Source: Betaproteobacteria bacterium (GTDB taxonomy: Bacteria > Pseudomonadota > Gammaproteobacteria > Burkholderiales > SG8-41). From it: DNA of 64,000 nucleotides. A model generated the notes under the pieces. The model did not search any database, had not been told where the DNA came from, and saw only the letters and a program-made list of their open reading frames with translations. The stretch lies in contig JBKDUF010000015.1 of the NCBI GenBank assembly GCA_046339595.1, forward strand, positions 18,094 to 82,093, read 5' to 3'. A program made the translations under genes and the position numbers. The first letter of the stretch is position 1, and each line of letters begins with the position of its first letter. This document shows, in pieces, positions 57,022 to 64,000 of the stretch.

Positions 57022-57385
57022 AGTCCAGCTTCCGCCGATCCCGGCCAAACGTTATTTCACGATCGGTGAGGTCAGCGAGCTGTGTGGCGTCAAGCCGCAC
57101 GTGCTGCGTTACTGGGAGCAGGAATTCACACAGCTGCGGCCCGTCAAGCGCCGCGGCAACCGTCGTTATTACCAGCACCACGAAGTGCTGCTGATCCGGC
57201 GCATCCGGGAACTTCTCTACGATCAGGGCTTCACCATCAGCGGCGCCCGTAACCGCCTGGACGAACTGTCCAACGAACCGTCTGCACGGCCTGCCCGTGG
57301 CAGCACCGTCTCCCAGTCAGGCAAGCCCGGCTTGGGCCGGCTTCGCCAGGAACTGAAATCCCTGATCGAACAGCTGCGTGCCTGA
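56999..57385 (+). CDS. MerR-family transcriptional regulator
   Basis: Start at the ATG at 56999, overlapping ihfA by 23 nt. The helix-turn-helix region is [25 protein letters not shown]...RGNRRYY. This is the conserved position downstream of pheT-ihfA. Confidence 0.8.
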   Translation: MEASGSLKVQLPPIPAKRYFTIGEVSELCGVKPHVLRYWEQEFTQLRPVKRRGNRRYYQHHEVLLIRRIRELLYDQGFTISGARNRLDELSNEPSARPARGSTVSQSGKPGLGRLRQELKSLIEQLRA

Positions 57386-57410
57386 CGTCTGACGCGACTG
57401 CGGTTATAAT
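57382..57410 (+). promoter_or_regulatory. Putative sigma70 promoter of tRNA-Pro
   Basis: CTGACG (57382-57387), a 17-nt spacer, then TATAAT (57405-57410). It lies 8 nt upstream of the tRNA 5' end. Confidence 0.45.
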
Positions 57411-57418
57411 GCTACCCT

Positions 57419-57495
<77 letters not shown>

Positions 57496-57545
57496 GATTC
57501 TCCCTGCGGCGCAGCCCATATGCGCGTCGCACCCCGCCTGAGATC

Positions 57546-58391
57546 ATGAGCCATTCCTTCAAGCTTGCCTGCCTGCAGATGAACAGCGGCAGCGATCTCG
57601 CCGCCAACCTCTCCACCCTTGAACAGATGGTTGCCGCTGCAGCGGCAGAAGGCGCTCGCTTGGTGATGGCGCCTGAATATGCCCTGTTGATGGACGGCAG
57701 CGGCCGCGTCATGCGTGACGGGGCGTTGCCGGCCGATGGCGGAGACCCGCTGCTGCGGCTGCAGGCCCTGGCGGCCCGTCTCAAAGTCTGGCTGCTGCCG
57801 GGGACGCTGACGCTGCAGGCTGGTGAAGGCCGAATGGTCAATCGCTCCTGCCTGATTGACGACAGGGGCAACATTGTCGCGAGCTACGACAAGATTCACA
57901 TGTTCGATGTCACACTGCCCGACGGCAAAGTCATTCGCGAATCCTCTGCATTCCAGGCAGGGGAACGTGCAGTGATCGCGCAGACCCCCTGGGGCTTGCT
58001 GGGCATGAGCATTTGCTACGACCTTCGTTTTCCGCAGCTCTACCGGCAACTGGCCAGGGCCGGCGCCCAGTTCCTCTCGATCCCTTCATCTTTTCAGCGC
58101 CAGACGGGCAGGGCTCACTGGCATACCTTGCTGCGCGCGCGTGCAATCGAAAACGCGGCATATGTTTTTGCGCCAGCCATGTGTGGGGAGCATGGTGGTG
58201 GCCGCCAAACCTATGGCCATGCGCTGATCGTGGATCCCTGGGGTGAGATATTGGCCGACGGCGGAGAAGAACCCGGCATTGTTTATGCCGATATCGATGC
58301 CTTGCGCGTGGCCAGAATACGCTCAATGATGCCTTGCTTGGAACACGATCGTACATTTAGTGCGCCAGAAATAATCAAAAATAATCAATGA
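57546..58391 (+). CDS. Carbon-nitrogen hydrolase (nitrilase-superfamily) protein
   Basis: ORF 57456..58391 overlaps tRNA-Pro, so the start is moved to the ATG at 57546 (MSHSFKLACLQMNS). The Glu (PEYAL), Lys (YDKIHMFD) and Cys (SICYDLRFP) triad blocks are present. Confidence 0.85.
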   Translation: MSHSFKLACLQMNSGSDLAANLSTLEQMVAAAAAEGARLVMAPEYALLMDGSGRVMRDGALPADGGDPLLRLQALAARLKVWLLPGTLTLQAGEGRMVNRSCLIDDRGNIVASYDKIHMFDVTLPDGKVIRESSAFQAGERAVIAQTPWGLLGMSICYDLRFPQLYRQLARAGAQFLSIPSSFQRQTGRAHWHTLLRARAIENAAYVFAPAMCGEHGGGRQTYGHALIVDPWGEILADGGEEPGIVYADIDALRVARIRSMMPCLEHDRTFSAPEIIKNNQ

Positions 58392-58470
58392 TTTAGATTG
58401 TCAAACGGCGCAGCAGAGGCCATCAGGGACAACCCGGCATTGCAGGCGGCGCGACGGCAAGCCGAAATCC

Positions 58471-59004
58471 ATGCTGCCGAGGCGCCGTTATGGCCTGCTG
58501 CGCCCGCTCGCCGTGTGGGTGCTGAGGCGGTTATGATGGCAAGTTGAAGGCGATATTCCGGACATTCCCCGCGCGGTTGTCGCCGTCGCGCCGCATTCCT
58601 CCATCTGGGATTTCAACATCGGCGCTTCGCTGATGCTCGTGCTCGGCCTTCGCGTGTCTTTTGTAGCGAAACAGTCGCTGTTCTGGTGGCCTTTGGGCAA
58701 TCTGCTGCGCTGGCTGGTCGGCATACCGGTAAACCGCGCGCAGCCGGAAGGCATCACAGAAACACTCGCCGCTGAATACCAGCGCCAGGAACGCTTGTGG
58801 CTGGCGATCACCCCCGAAGGCATACGCAGCGCCGGTGCCCGTTTCAAGTCGGGCGTCCATCGTGTCGCAGAGGCGGCGGGAGTGCCGATCCTGCCGGTAC
58901 GTTTCAACTATCGCCGACGCGCACTTGGTTTTTTTTCGCCGCATCAGCCTCACGCAGACGCCGCAGCCGGTGTCGATGCCGTGCGCCGGATGCTGCTGTT
59001 CTAG
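58471..59004 (+). pseudogene. Lysophospholipid (1-acyl-glycerol-3-phosphate-type) acyltransferase interrupted by an in-frame TGA at 58534-58536
   Basis: The ATG at 58471 gives MLPRRRYGLLRPLAVWVLRRL, then TGA. The same frame continues WQVEGDIPDIPRAVVAVAPHSSIWDF (the HX4D catalytic motif) to the stop at 59004. The only listed ORF (58633..59004) begins after the HX4D motif. Confidence 0.7.
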
Positions 59005-59031
59005 GGCGAACGGCGCGATGCGGCACGCAGG

Positions 59032-60198
59032 TCAGTAGGACTTGGGCAGTCCGAGCACGCGCTCGGCGATGTGGCAGAGGATCAGTTGGGAACTCACCGG
59101 CGCGATGCGTGGAATCATAGCCTCGCGCATATAGCGTTCGACATGGAATTCCTTGGCATAACCCATGCCGCCATGGGTGAGTACCGCGGTTTCGCAGGCC
59201 CTAAAGCCCGCTTCACCGGCAAAAAACTTGGCAGCATTGGCCTCGGCACCGCAGGACTTGCCGGCATCGTAGAGTGACGCCGCGCGCCAGGTGAGCAGGG
59301 CGGCCGCCTCGAGTTCAATCCAGCGCTGCGCGAGGGGATGCTGGATGCCCTGGTTCTGCCCGATCGGCCGGTCGAACACGACACGCTCGCCAGCGTAACG
59401 TGCCGCCCGCTTCAGGGCGGCACGGCCCAGGCCCGTAGCTTCGGCAGCCACCAGTATGCGTTCCGGATTCAGGCCGTCGAGGATGTAGCGGAAACCCTGG
59501 CCCTCGCCGCCGATGCGGTCGGCGGCAGAAACGCGCATGCCGTCGATGAAGACCTGATTCGAATCGACCGCCTTGCGCCCCATTTTGTCGATGGCTCGGG
59601 CCTCGAAGCGGGCTCGGTCGATGTCGGCATAGAACAGGGTCAACCCTTCCGTAGGCTTGCTGCAGGCCTCGATCGGCGTGGTGCGCGCGAGCAAAAGGAT
59701 CTTGTTGGCCACTTGCGCGGTAGAAATCCAGACTTTCTGCCCGGTGATGACATAGTGGCCGCCATCGCGCACAGCGCGCGTTGCAAGGCGGGTCGTGTTG
59801 AGGCCGGCGCCCGGCTCGGTGACACCAAAGCAGGCCTTGTCGCGGCCTGCAATCAGTGGCGGCAGCCAGCGCGACTTCTGCTCGTCGCTGGCATACACCA
59901 CCACCGGGTGCAGTCCGAAGATATTCATGTGCACGGCGGAGGCGCCGGAAAAGCCGGCGCCGGAGGCGGCGATGGTTTCCATCATCAGCGCGGCCTCGGT
60001 GATGCCAAGACCGCTGCCGCCATACTGCTCGGGCATCGCGATTCCTAGCCAGCCGTCTGCGGCAATCGCCGCATGAAAGTCATGCGGAAAACCGCCGTCG
60101 CAGTCGAGCTTCAGCCAGTAGTCATCGCCAAAGCGTGCGCAGATGCGTCCGACCGCATCACGGATCGCGCGCTGGTCCGCAGAGAATTCGAAGTCCAT
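59032..60198 (-). CDS. Acyl-CoA dehydrogenase
   Basis: 388 aa with ACAD blocks (FGVTEPGAGLNT, WISTA, THGGMGYAKEFHVERYMRE). Confidence 0.9.
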   Translation of the reverse strand: MDFEFSADQRAIRDAVGRICARFGDDYWLKLDCDGGFPHDFHAAIAADGWLGIAMPEQYGGSGLGITEAALMMETIAASGAGFSGASAVHMNIFGLHPVVVYASDEQKSRWLPPLIAGRDKACFGVTEPGAGLNTTRLATRAVRDGGHYVITGQKVWISTAQVANKILLLARTTPIEACSKPTEGLTLFYADIDRARFEARAIDKMGRKAVDSNQVFIDGMRVSAADRIGGEGQGFRYILDGLNPERILVAAEATGLGRAALKRAARYAGERVVFDRPIGQNQGIQHPLAQRWIELEAAALLTWRAASLYDAGKSCGAEANAAKFFAGEAGFRACETAVLTHGGMGYAKEFHVERYMREAMIPRIAPVSSQLILCHIAERVLGLPKSY

Positions 60199-60202
60199 CG
60201 AA

Positions 60203-61405
60203 TCAGTCCGGCAGCCGCGTCACACCATCCGCGGCCAGCGCGCGGATGTCTTCGTCGCTGTACCCCGCCGCGCGCAGCACCCCGGGCCCGTTTTCACCCA
60301 GCCGCGGCGTCGGACGCTGCGGTGAAGGGGGCGTGCGCGACCACTGCGTTGCTGCCGCAGTGGTGCGCAGGCCACCCTCGCTCGGATGCCGCTCACTTCG
60401 GATGAAACCGCTGGCATTGAGGTGGGGATCATCGATCACCGCGTCAATCGAGTTCATCGGCGCGCAGGGAATGTCGGCTTCAGCCAGGGCCTGCAGCCAT
60501 TCTCCGGTGCTGCGCTTGAGCATCTCGCCTGCAACGAAGGCATTGGCCTCGGCAATGCGGGCCGAGCGGTTCTCGTGGCTGTTGAAGCGCGGATCGTCGC
60601 GGAACAGGTCCTCGCGGCCAATCAGCCGGAAAAACGCCTCCCACTGCTTGTCGTTGTACATGAGCACGCAGACATAGCTGTCACGGGTGCGGAAGGGGCG
60701 GCGCTCCGGCGCAAGCACGCGGGCATAACCGGGGCCGCCCAGCGGCGGCTCGAAGCCACGTCCGGCAAAATGATCGCCAAGGATCATCTGGCTCATGCAT
60801 TCGAACATCGGCACTTCGACAGCCTGGCCCTTCCCGCTTTTTTCGCGTTCGTAAAGTGCGGTGGTGACGGCATAGGCCGCATGCAGGCCGACGATGCGGT
60901 CGGCCAGCGTGGCCGGTATGTAGCGCGGTTCGGCAGCCCCGGACTGCTGCAGCAGCCAGGGTAGGCCGGTCATGCCCTGAATCAGGTCGTCATAGGCAGG
61001 ACGCGCGGCATAAGGGCCTGTTTGGCCGTAACCGTAGGCCCCGACATAGATGATGCGGGGGTTGGCAGCGGCGACATCGCCATAGCCGAGCCGCAGGCGC
61101 TGCATCGCCTGCGGCCGGATGTTGTAAATCAGAACATCGGCTTTTGCCGCGATGCGCAGAAGCGCGTCCCGGCCGGCATTTTTCTTGAGATCAAGCACCA
61201 CGCTTTTCTTGTTGCGGTTCAGGTGCATGAACATGTGGCCCATGCCCCGGTTGCGCATCGGCCCGACGTGACGCACATTGTCACCGCCCGGCGCCTCGAC
61301 CTTGATCACCTCGGCGCCAAGGTCGCCGAGGATCTGGGTCGCATAGGGGCCCATCACCACTGTGGTCAGGTCGACCACGGTGACCCCGGCAAGCGGTCCG
61401 GCCAT
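60203..61405 (-). CDS. Family III CoA-transferase (CaiB/BaiF type)
   Basis: Taken from ORF 60203..61474, with the start moved to the ATG at 61405 (MAGPLAGVTVVDLTTVVMGPYATQILGDLGAEVIKVE). Confidence 0.85.
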   Translation of the reverse strand: MAGPLAGVTVVDLTTVVMGPYATQILGDLGAEVIKVEAPGGDNVRHVGPMRNRGMGHMFMHLNRNKKSVVLDLKKNAGRDALLRIAAKADVLIYNIRPQAMQRLRLGYGDVAAANPRIIYVGAYGYGQTGPYAARPAYDDLIQGMTGLPWLLQQSGAAEPRYIPATLADRIVGLHAAYAVTTALYEREKSGKGQAVEVPMFECMSQMILGDHFAGRGFEPPLGGPGYARVLAPERRPFRTRDSYVCVLMYNDKQWEAFFRLIGREDLFRDDPRFNSHENRSARIAEANAFVAGEMLKRSTGEWLQALAEADIPCAPMNSIDAVIDDPHLNASGFIRSERHPSEGGLRTTAAATQWSRTPPSPQRPTPRLGENGPGVLRAAGYSDEDIRALAADGVTRLPD

Positions 61406-61409
61406 CCGG

Positions 61410-62105
61410 TCAGCGGCGAAGGTTTTTCGGAAATGTACAGCCCTTGGCGCGCAGGGCCTCGTCCACCCAGGCACGGTCGAGTTTCCTGCCGCCGCGGATG
61501 GCCTTGAGCATGTCGGACTCCTTCTTCTCCTGCTGCTTGGCGAGCTTCAGGGTTTCTTCGATCATGTCCCGCGGAATAGCCACCAGTCCGTCATCGTCGC
61601 CTACGATGATGTCGCCGGGGTTGACCACGGCTTCGCCGATCACCACCGGCACATTCATTTCACCCGGGCCGTTTTTGTAGGGGCCGCGATGGGTAATGCC
61701 GCGTGCATACACCGGAAAATTCGACTGTGCCAGCGCATCGGCGTCGCGGATCGCACCGTCGATGACCATGCCTGCGGCCCCATTGCGCTCGGCGATGGCT
61801 GACATGATCTCGCCGATGATGGCCTGGGTGCAGATGCCGCCGGCATCAACCACGATGACATCGCCGGGGCGGCAGATGTCGATGGCCTTGTGCACCATGA
61901 GGTTATCCCCGGGCCCGACCTTGACCGTCAGCGCGGTACCGACCATGCGGCCACCGCTGTGGCAGGGGAAAAGTTCCGGCCCGATGGCATGAAGCCGGTT
62001 CATGTTGTCACTCAGATGCGCGGTCGCGGTCTTGCGCAAGGTGGCAATGATCTTGGCTGAAGGTTGCGGAGCGAAAGGCAGGATGCGGAAGCCGACGGGA
62101 GCCAT
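61410..62105 (-). CDS. RraA-family protein (RraA / HMG-CHA aldolase / oxaloacetate decarboxylase fold)
   Basis: 231 aa with GDNLMVHKAIDICRPGDVIVVDAGG...GEIMSAIAERNGAAGMVIDGAIRD. Its stop lies 4 nt before the CoA-transferase start. Confidence 0.75.
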   Translation of the reverse strand: MAPVGFRILPFAPQPSAKIIATLRKTATAHLSDNMNRLHAIGPELFPCHSGGRMVGTALTVKVGPGDNLMVHKAIDICRPGDVIVVDAGGICTQAIIGEIMSAIAERNGAAGMVIDGAIRDADALAQSNFPVYARGITHRGPYKNGPGEMNVPVVIGEAVVNPGDIIVGDDDGLVAIPRDMIEETLKLAKQQEKKESDMLKAIRGGRKLDRAWVDEALRAKGCTFPKNLRR

Positions 62106-62285
62106 GGTGAAAAGTCCTGTGTTGAAAAGGCCTTAATCCTAGCATCGCTGCCGGTCCGCCAGCACCTGCATGGTAAAATGACAGTGTTTGCGATGCCGGG
62201 AAAGACCTGCGGTCCGGCATCGCAAGCCGCCCCTGGCGGCACTTGAGCGAACACAGAAACCACAATCCACTGATCCCGGCAACGC

Positions 62286-63041
62286 GTGCGCATCCTGCTC
62301 AGCAACGATGACGGCTATTTCGCCCCCGGGCTTGCCGCGCTCGAGCGGGCACTGTCGCCCCTGGGCACCGTCACCGTGGTGGCACCCGAGCGCGACCGCA
62401 GCGGCGCCAGCAACTCGCTCACCCTCGATCGCCCGCTCTCTGTCCGGCGTGCCGCCAACGGCTATTTCGATGTCCTCGGCACGCCGACCGACTGCGTGCA
62501 CCTTGCGGTCACCGGACTGCTGGAAGTCCTGCCGGACATCGTGGTCTCCGGCATCAACGACGGCGCCAATATGGGTGATGACACCATTTATTCCGGCACC
62601 GTCGCTGCAGCAACCGAGGGCTTCCTGCTCGGTATCCCCTCGCTGGCGGTGTCGCTGGTTGCCGGAGAAGGGGCGCATTTCGACACCGCGGGCCGCGTTG
62701 CGGCCGACCTCGTTGCGCGTTTCGCGCGCGAGCGTTTCTCCGAACCGGTGCTGCTCAACGTCAACGTGCCGGATCTGCCCCACGAGCAGGTATGCGGCCA
62801 GCGGGTGACTCGCCTCGGCAAGCGCCACAAGGCCGAGCCAGTGGTGAAATCGAGCAATCCGCGCGGCCAGACCGTGTATTGGGTGGGTGCGGCAGGCCAG
62901 GCACAGGATGCCGGAGAAGGCACCGATTTCCATGCCGCCGCCAACGGCTGGGTATCACTGACGCCACTGCAGATGGATCTCACCCGTTTCTCGCAAATGG
63001 ATCGCATCCAGCGCTGGCTCGGGGCGGCGCAGACAAAATGA
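62286..63041 (+). CDS. surE: 5'/3'-nucleotidase SurE
   Basis: GTG start. The product reads [19 protein letters not shown]...[17 protein letters not shown]...[21 protein letters not shown]. Confidence 0.95.
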   Translation: MRILLSNDDGYFAPGLAALERALSPLGTVTVVAPERDRSGASNSLTLDRPLSVRRAANGYFDVLGTPTDCVHLAVTGLLEVLPDIVVSGINDGANMGDDTIYSGTVAAATEGFLLGIPSLAVSLVAGEGAHFDTAGRVAADLVARFARERFSEPVLLNVNVPDLPHEQVCGQRVTRLGKRHKAEPVVKSSNPRGQTVYWVGAAGQAQDAGEGTDFHAAANGWVSLTPLQMDLTRFSQMDRIQRWLGAAQTK

Positions 63042-63691
63042 ACACCGCCGGCATCGGCATGACCTCCCAGCGCACGCGCATGCGCATGATTGAGCGCCTG
63101 CGCGGCGAGGGCATCCTTGACGAAGTCATCCTGGCAGCGATGGGCGAGGTGCCGCGGCATATTTTTGTCGATGAAGCCCTGGCAAGCCGCGCCTACGAGG
63201 ACATGGCGCTGCCGCTCGGTTTCGGGCAGACCATCTCCAGCCCCTACACCGTGGCACGCATGCTTGAGTTGCTGCGCGAGGGTGCGACTTTGGTGCGGGT
63301 GCTCGAGATCGGCACTGGCTGCGGCTATCAGGCAGCGGTACTCTCGCGACTGGCCAAAGAAGTGTATTCCCTGGAGCGGCTGGCGCCGCTGCTGACCAAG
63401 GCGCGCCGCCATCTGCGCGAGGCCCGCGCGCACAATGTGCGCGTGCGTACTGCTGATGGCCAGCATGGCTGGGCCGAGCACGCGCCCTATGACGGCATCG
63501 TTGTCGCCGCGGCGGCAACGCATGTCCCCGAAGCACTGCTGGAACAGCTGGCTTTGGGTGGTAAGATCATCATTCCATTCATGCACCAGGGCAGGCAGTC
63601 CCTTCATGTCATCGAACGCACTGCACAGGGTTATGTCGATCGCAAGGTGGAAGATGCCCGTTTCGTGCCGCTGCTGCCCGGGCTGGGCTGA
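63038..63691 (+). CDS. pcm: Protein-L-isoaspartate O-methyltransferase
   Basis: Start at the ATG at 63038, overlapping the surE stop (ATGA). Motifs [19 protein letters not shown] and the SAM-binding [15 protein letters not shown] are present. Confidence 0.9.
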   Translation: MNTAGIGMTSQRTRMRMIERLRGEGILDEVILAAMGEVPRHIFVDEALASRAYEDMALPLGFGQTISSPYTVARMLELLREGATLVRVLEIGTGCGYQAAVLSRLAKEVYSLERLAPLLTKARRHLREARAHNVRVRTADGQHGWAEHAPYDGIVVAAAATHVPEALLEQLALGGKIIIPFMHQGRQSLHVIERTAQGYVDRKVEDARFVPLLPGLG

Positions 63692-64000
63692 TATCCGGGC
63701 GGGGCTTCCAGCTGCCACCCTCGCGCTGCTCGTGCTCGGCGGTTGCGCCGCGCCCAAGCCCGCCCCCGTGATCGACCGCCTGCCGCAAGTACCTGCAGCC
63801 AAGCCTGCAGCCAAGCCGCCTGCAGCGGCTGCCGTGAAACCCGGTGTCCCACAAGCCGACCAGCCGCGCGCTGAAACCTACACGGTACGCGCCGGAGACA
63901 CCCTGTTCTCCATTTCGCTAGAGTTCGGTTTCGATTACAGGGAAGTTGCAGCCTGGAACAACCTCAACGATCCATCCCGCATCTTCGTCGGCCAGGTCCT
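63654..64000 (+). CDS. nlpD: LysM-domain lipoprotein (NlpD-like), 3'-truncated by the window edge
   Basis: The frame is open from the ATG at 63654 (AAGGTGG SD upstream) to the window end. A lipobox LVLGGC is followed by a Pro/Ala/Lys-rich linker and a LysM domain ([29 protein letters not shown]). This is the conserved position after surE-pcm. The exact start is uncertain. Confidence 0.65.
   Translation, partial: MPVSCRCCPGWADIRAGLPAATLALLVLGGCAAPKPAPVIDRLPQVPAAKPAAKPPAAAAVKPGVPQADQPRAETYTVRAGDTLFSISLEFGFDYREVAAWNNLNDPSRIFVGQV

Noticed and set aside
58534-58536. The in-frame TGA of the acyltransferase read as a selenocysteine codon.
   Set aside because: This position in the family is not a redox-active Cys/Sec site. 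No convincing SECIS-like hairpin follows immediately, and no sel genes are nearby. A nonsense mutation, sequencing error or simple read-through is more parsimonious.

Overview
This is a gene-dense chromosomal segment with high GC (roughly mid-60s % by eye). It most likely comes from a betaproteobacterium (Burkholderiales or Rhodocyclales type). The evidence is six orphan Bug/TctC-type periplasmic binding proteins, a thrS-infC-rpmI-rplT-pheST-ihfA-merR block, a surE-pcm-nlpD block and a glyW-cysT-leuZ-like tRNA trio. I call about 55 protein genes, 5 tRNAs, several intrinsic terminators, one clear LexA/SOS operator and a few sigma70-like promoters. No CRISPR array, IS element, integrase or prophage gene is recognisable. 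Left to right the window contains: pckG (5'-truncated); Bug binding proteins and a low-molecular-weight (LMW) tyrosine phosphatase; a beta-oxidation-like module (ADP-forming acyl-CoA synthetase, acyl-CoA dehydrogenase, MFS transporter, enoyl-CoA hydratase, 3-hydroxyacyl-CoA dehydrogenase, thiolase); tRNA-Gly/Cys/Leu; DUF1178; a DUF294 sensor-nucleotidyltransferase plus DEDDh exonuclease pair; a second acyl-CoA synthetase plus MFS copy; umuDC; an accessory island rich in amide/ester hydrolases and Bug proteins (CocE/NonD hydrolase, two NodB-type deacetylases, gamma-glutamyltransferase, Gfo/Idh/MocA oxidoreductase, UxaA dehydratase); crcB, nnr and purL; a four-gene operon of ATP-grasp, alpha-E, Anbu (proteasome-like peptidase) and a giant transglutaminase, lying divergent from relA; the translation-factor/ribosomal block; a C-N hydrolase; an acyltransferase interrupted by an in-frame TGA; an RraA-like/CoA-transferase/acyl-CoA dehydrogenase operon; and surE-pcm-nlpD. 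The best candidate for an uncharacterised system is the ATP-grasp/alpha-E/Anbu/DUF2126-transglutaminase operon (40933..47302), a predicted peptide-ligation/tagging machine with no known substrate. The second candidate is the DUF294-exonuclease pair next to a carboxylate-activating enzyme. Other points worth a second look: a sharp domain-level gene-conversion tract between the two acyl-CoA synthetase paralogues; a 42-bp perfect palindrome that embeds the umuD SOS box and start codon; an ATA start codon for infC; a histone-H1-like lysine-rich tail on an oxidoreductase; and very AT-rich rare-codon islands inside GC-rich genes. All functional calls come from reading motifs in the supplied translations. 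No database search was run.
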